From the NCBI GenBank assembly GCA_044223805.1, contig JBGALP010000003.1, positions 17,674 to 81,673 on the forward strand: 64,000 nt of DNA. The letters are read 5' to 3'. The translations under genes were made by a program, and so were the position numbers. Positions within the stretch are counted from its first letter, which is position 1. Every line of letters starts with the position of its first letter. The stretch is from Agriterribacter sp. (GTDB lineage: Bacteria > Bacteroidota > Bacteroidia > Chitinophagales > Chitinophagaceae). This document shows, one piece after another, positions 62,182-64,000 of the stretch. The notes beneath the pieces were generated by a model. The model was not told where the DNA came from. It was given only the letters and a program-made list of their open reading frames with translations, and did no database searches.

Positions 62182-62244
62182 CTGTTAAGTAACCTACTCA
62201 ACAAAAGGATTTGCTTCTTATCTTTGCACTCAAATTTTATAGCA

Positions 62245-62682
62245 ATGCCTTTAATGCAATTACACCGTACACACAACGACTATGGTTTTTTTGCTGCCGA
62301 TGCAGGTGGTAATACTTTGTCTATTGATATTCCTGTAGAACAGGGTGGAGATGGTAAAGGGTTTCGTCCTATGCAGTTATTATTAGCTGGTTTAGGAGGT
62401 TGTAGCGCTGTGGATGTAGTAAGTATCCTTAAAAAGCAAAAGCAGGTGATCAAAGGATTTTCGATTAATGTGGATGGAGAAAGAGAGCAGGGCAAGGAAC
62501 CTTCTTTGTGGACGGATGTAAACATCATTTTCGATTTATCGGGCGAGATAGAACCCGCCAAGGCATACCGTGCAGTGGAACTGTCTATGAATAAGTATTG
62601 TTCAGTGGCAGAAACATTACGTCGTGCAGGTGCAGCTTTAAAATGGACAGTAGTGGTAAACGGAACCACGGTTGATATTTAA
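62245..62682 (+). CDS. OsmC family protein (YhfA-like)
   Basis: RPMQLLLAGLGGCS and LSMNKYCSV; -7 box TATCTTTG at 62219 supports a start at 62245. Confidence 0.9.
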   Translation: MPLMQLHRTHNDYGFFAADAGGNTLSIDIPVEQGGDGKGFRPMQLLLAGLGGCSAVDVVSILKKQKQVIKGFSINVDGEREQGKEPSLWTDVNIIFDLSGEIEPAKAYRAVELSMNKYCSVAETLRRAGAALKWTVVVNGTTVDI

Positions 62683-62809
62683 TATTTCGCAACCATCAAT
62701 ATAGCGCATTATCTCAATCCATTTATTGTTCACTTTGCGGAAGTTCCTGTCTTGTTTTTTTGATCACACTTCTTCTTTAGTTGACTTTAATACTTAATAA
62801 CTGGTAAGC

Positions 62810-63979
62810 ATGAATCAACATCCTAATACGCAGGCGGTGCGTATTCAAACACCTCGTAGCAACGAGATGGAACATAGTACGCCTTTATATCTTACCTCAA
62901 GCTTTTGCTTTGAGAACGCCGAAGATATGCGTGCCGCTTTTGCTGAGGAAAATGATGATAATATTTACAGCAGGTTCAGCAATCCTACTACGCAGGAGTT
63001 TATTGATAAGATGTGCGCTTTGGAAGGCGCTGAAGCTGGCTTTGCCACTGCATCAGGTATGAGCGCTATATTTGGTTCGTTCATGGCTTTTTTAAACAGC
63101 GGCGATCACCTGTTAAGTTGCAGTTCCGTATTTGGTTCTACTCATACTATTATCACCAAATATTTTCATCGCTGGAATATTGAATACAGTTATGCTGACA
63201 TCAGACAACCAGAAACCTGGGAAGCGTTGATTAAGCCTAATACCAAAATGATTTATGTTGAAACGCCCACCAACCCTGGTTTGGATATTGTGGATATGGA
63301 ATGGTTAGGCGCTTTGAGCAAGAAGCATAACGTTATGCTGATAGTAGACAATTGTTTTGCCACACCCGTGTTGCAAAAACCTATCCATTACGGAGCTGAC
63401 CTGGTATTGCATTCTGCTACCAAATGGATTGATGGACAAGGACGGGTATTAGGTGGCATAGTGGTAGGTAAAAAAGAACTCATTCGTGATTTATATTTAT
63501 TCTGCAGAAACACCGGGCCATCACTTTCTCCTTTTAATGCCTGGGTGTTAAGTAAAAGCCTTGAAACATTAGATGTTCGCATACAACGACACTGCGATAA
63601 TGCAGAAGCATTGGTAAAAGCTTTGGATGGTCATCCAAAATTGAACTGGATAAAATATCCCTTTCATCCTTCACACCCTATGTATGCCATCGCTAAAAAA
63701 CAAATGACGCGTGGTGGCGGACTGGTTACTTTTGATTTAAAAGGTGGACTGGAAGCCGGTAAAAAATTTATGGACGCATTACAAATGTTGTCTCTCACAT
63801 CTAATCTCGGCGATAGTCGTAGTATAGCGTCACATCCACCATCAACCACGCACTCCAAACTCAGTAAAGAAGAGCAGGCGGCTGTTGGCATCACACCCGG
63901 TTTGATCCGCATTTCAGTTGGTCTTGAATATGCAGATGATATTGTAAAAGATATAATGCAGGCGTTGGAGAAATGTTGA
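62810..63979 (+). CDS. metZ: Trans-sulfuration PLP enzyme, O-succinylhomoserine sulfhydrylase-like
   Basis: EHSTPLYLTSSF, YSRFSNPT, DNCFATP, HSATKWIDGQGR, NLGDSRS. Confidence 0.82.
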   Translation: MNQHPNTQAVRIQTPRSNEMEHSTPLYLTSSFCFENAEDMRAAFAEENDDNIYSRFSNPTTQEFIDKMCALEGAEAGFATASGMSAIFGSFMAFLNSGDHLLSCSSVFGSTHTIITKYFHRWNIEYSYADIRQPETWEALIKPNTKMIYVETPTNPGLDIVDMEWLGALSKKHNVMLIVDNCFATPVLQKPIHYGADLVLHSATKWIDGQGRVLGGIVVGKKELIRDLYLFCRNTGPSLSPFNAWVLSKSLETLDVRIQRHCDNAEALVKALDGHPKLNWIKYPFHPSHPMYAIAKKQMTRGGGLVTFDLKGGLEAGKKFMDALQMLSLTSNLGDSRSIASHPPSTTHSKLSKEEQAAVGITPGLIRISVGLEYADDIVKDIMQALEKC

Positions 63980-64000
63980 GAGTTTTTATCTGTTAAAAGG

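Overview
This is a 64 kb AT-rich chromosomal window from a Bacteroidota bacterium, probably Chitinophagaceae-like (T9SS cargo and PorP gene, TAnnTTTG -7 promoter boxes). It has no rRNA, tRNA, CRISPR, prophage or transposase that I can support. The left half holds housekeeping and envelope genes (fabI, recN, nif3-like, M32 carboxypeptidase, a large PKD-repeat T9SS type-B substrate with a PorP/SprF partner, secA, deoC), then a pirin/Crp redox cluster, a sialidase and a hybrid kinase/LytTR module. The right half is a sulfur amino-acid region. From one divergent control region (about 42.7-43.2 kb), a SAM-I riboswitch leads leftward into a QueF-like gene lacking the catalytic cysteine, followed by metY-metX-hom. 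Rightward lies cysH-cysD-cysN-cysE-cobA-cysJ-cysI and a siroheme-synthase/TauE fusion. Further right are katG, a TonB-dependent receptor, an OsmC protein and a metZ-like sulfhydrylase. The most notable signal is a set of tiny unannotated cysteine-rich upstream ORFs: MVINRKYNCCCC* before cysH, a 43-aa ORF ending CCRCCMP* with a GNRA hairpin over its stop before metY, and a weaker CPC-containing one before the TonB receptor. These suggest ribosome-mediated cysteine sensing layered on SAM sensing and a shared palindromic operator. Also seen are two candidate sRNAs sharing TAGTTTAGGG, several intergenic repeat families, and three broken genes that may be assembly indels. All product calls come from motif recognition, not database searches.
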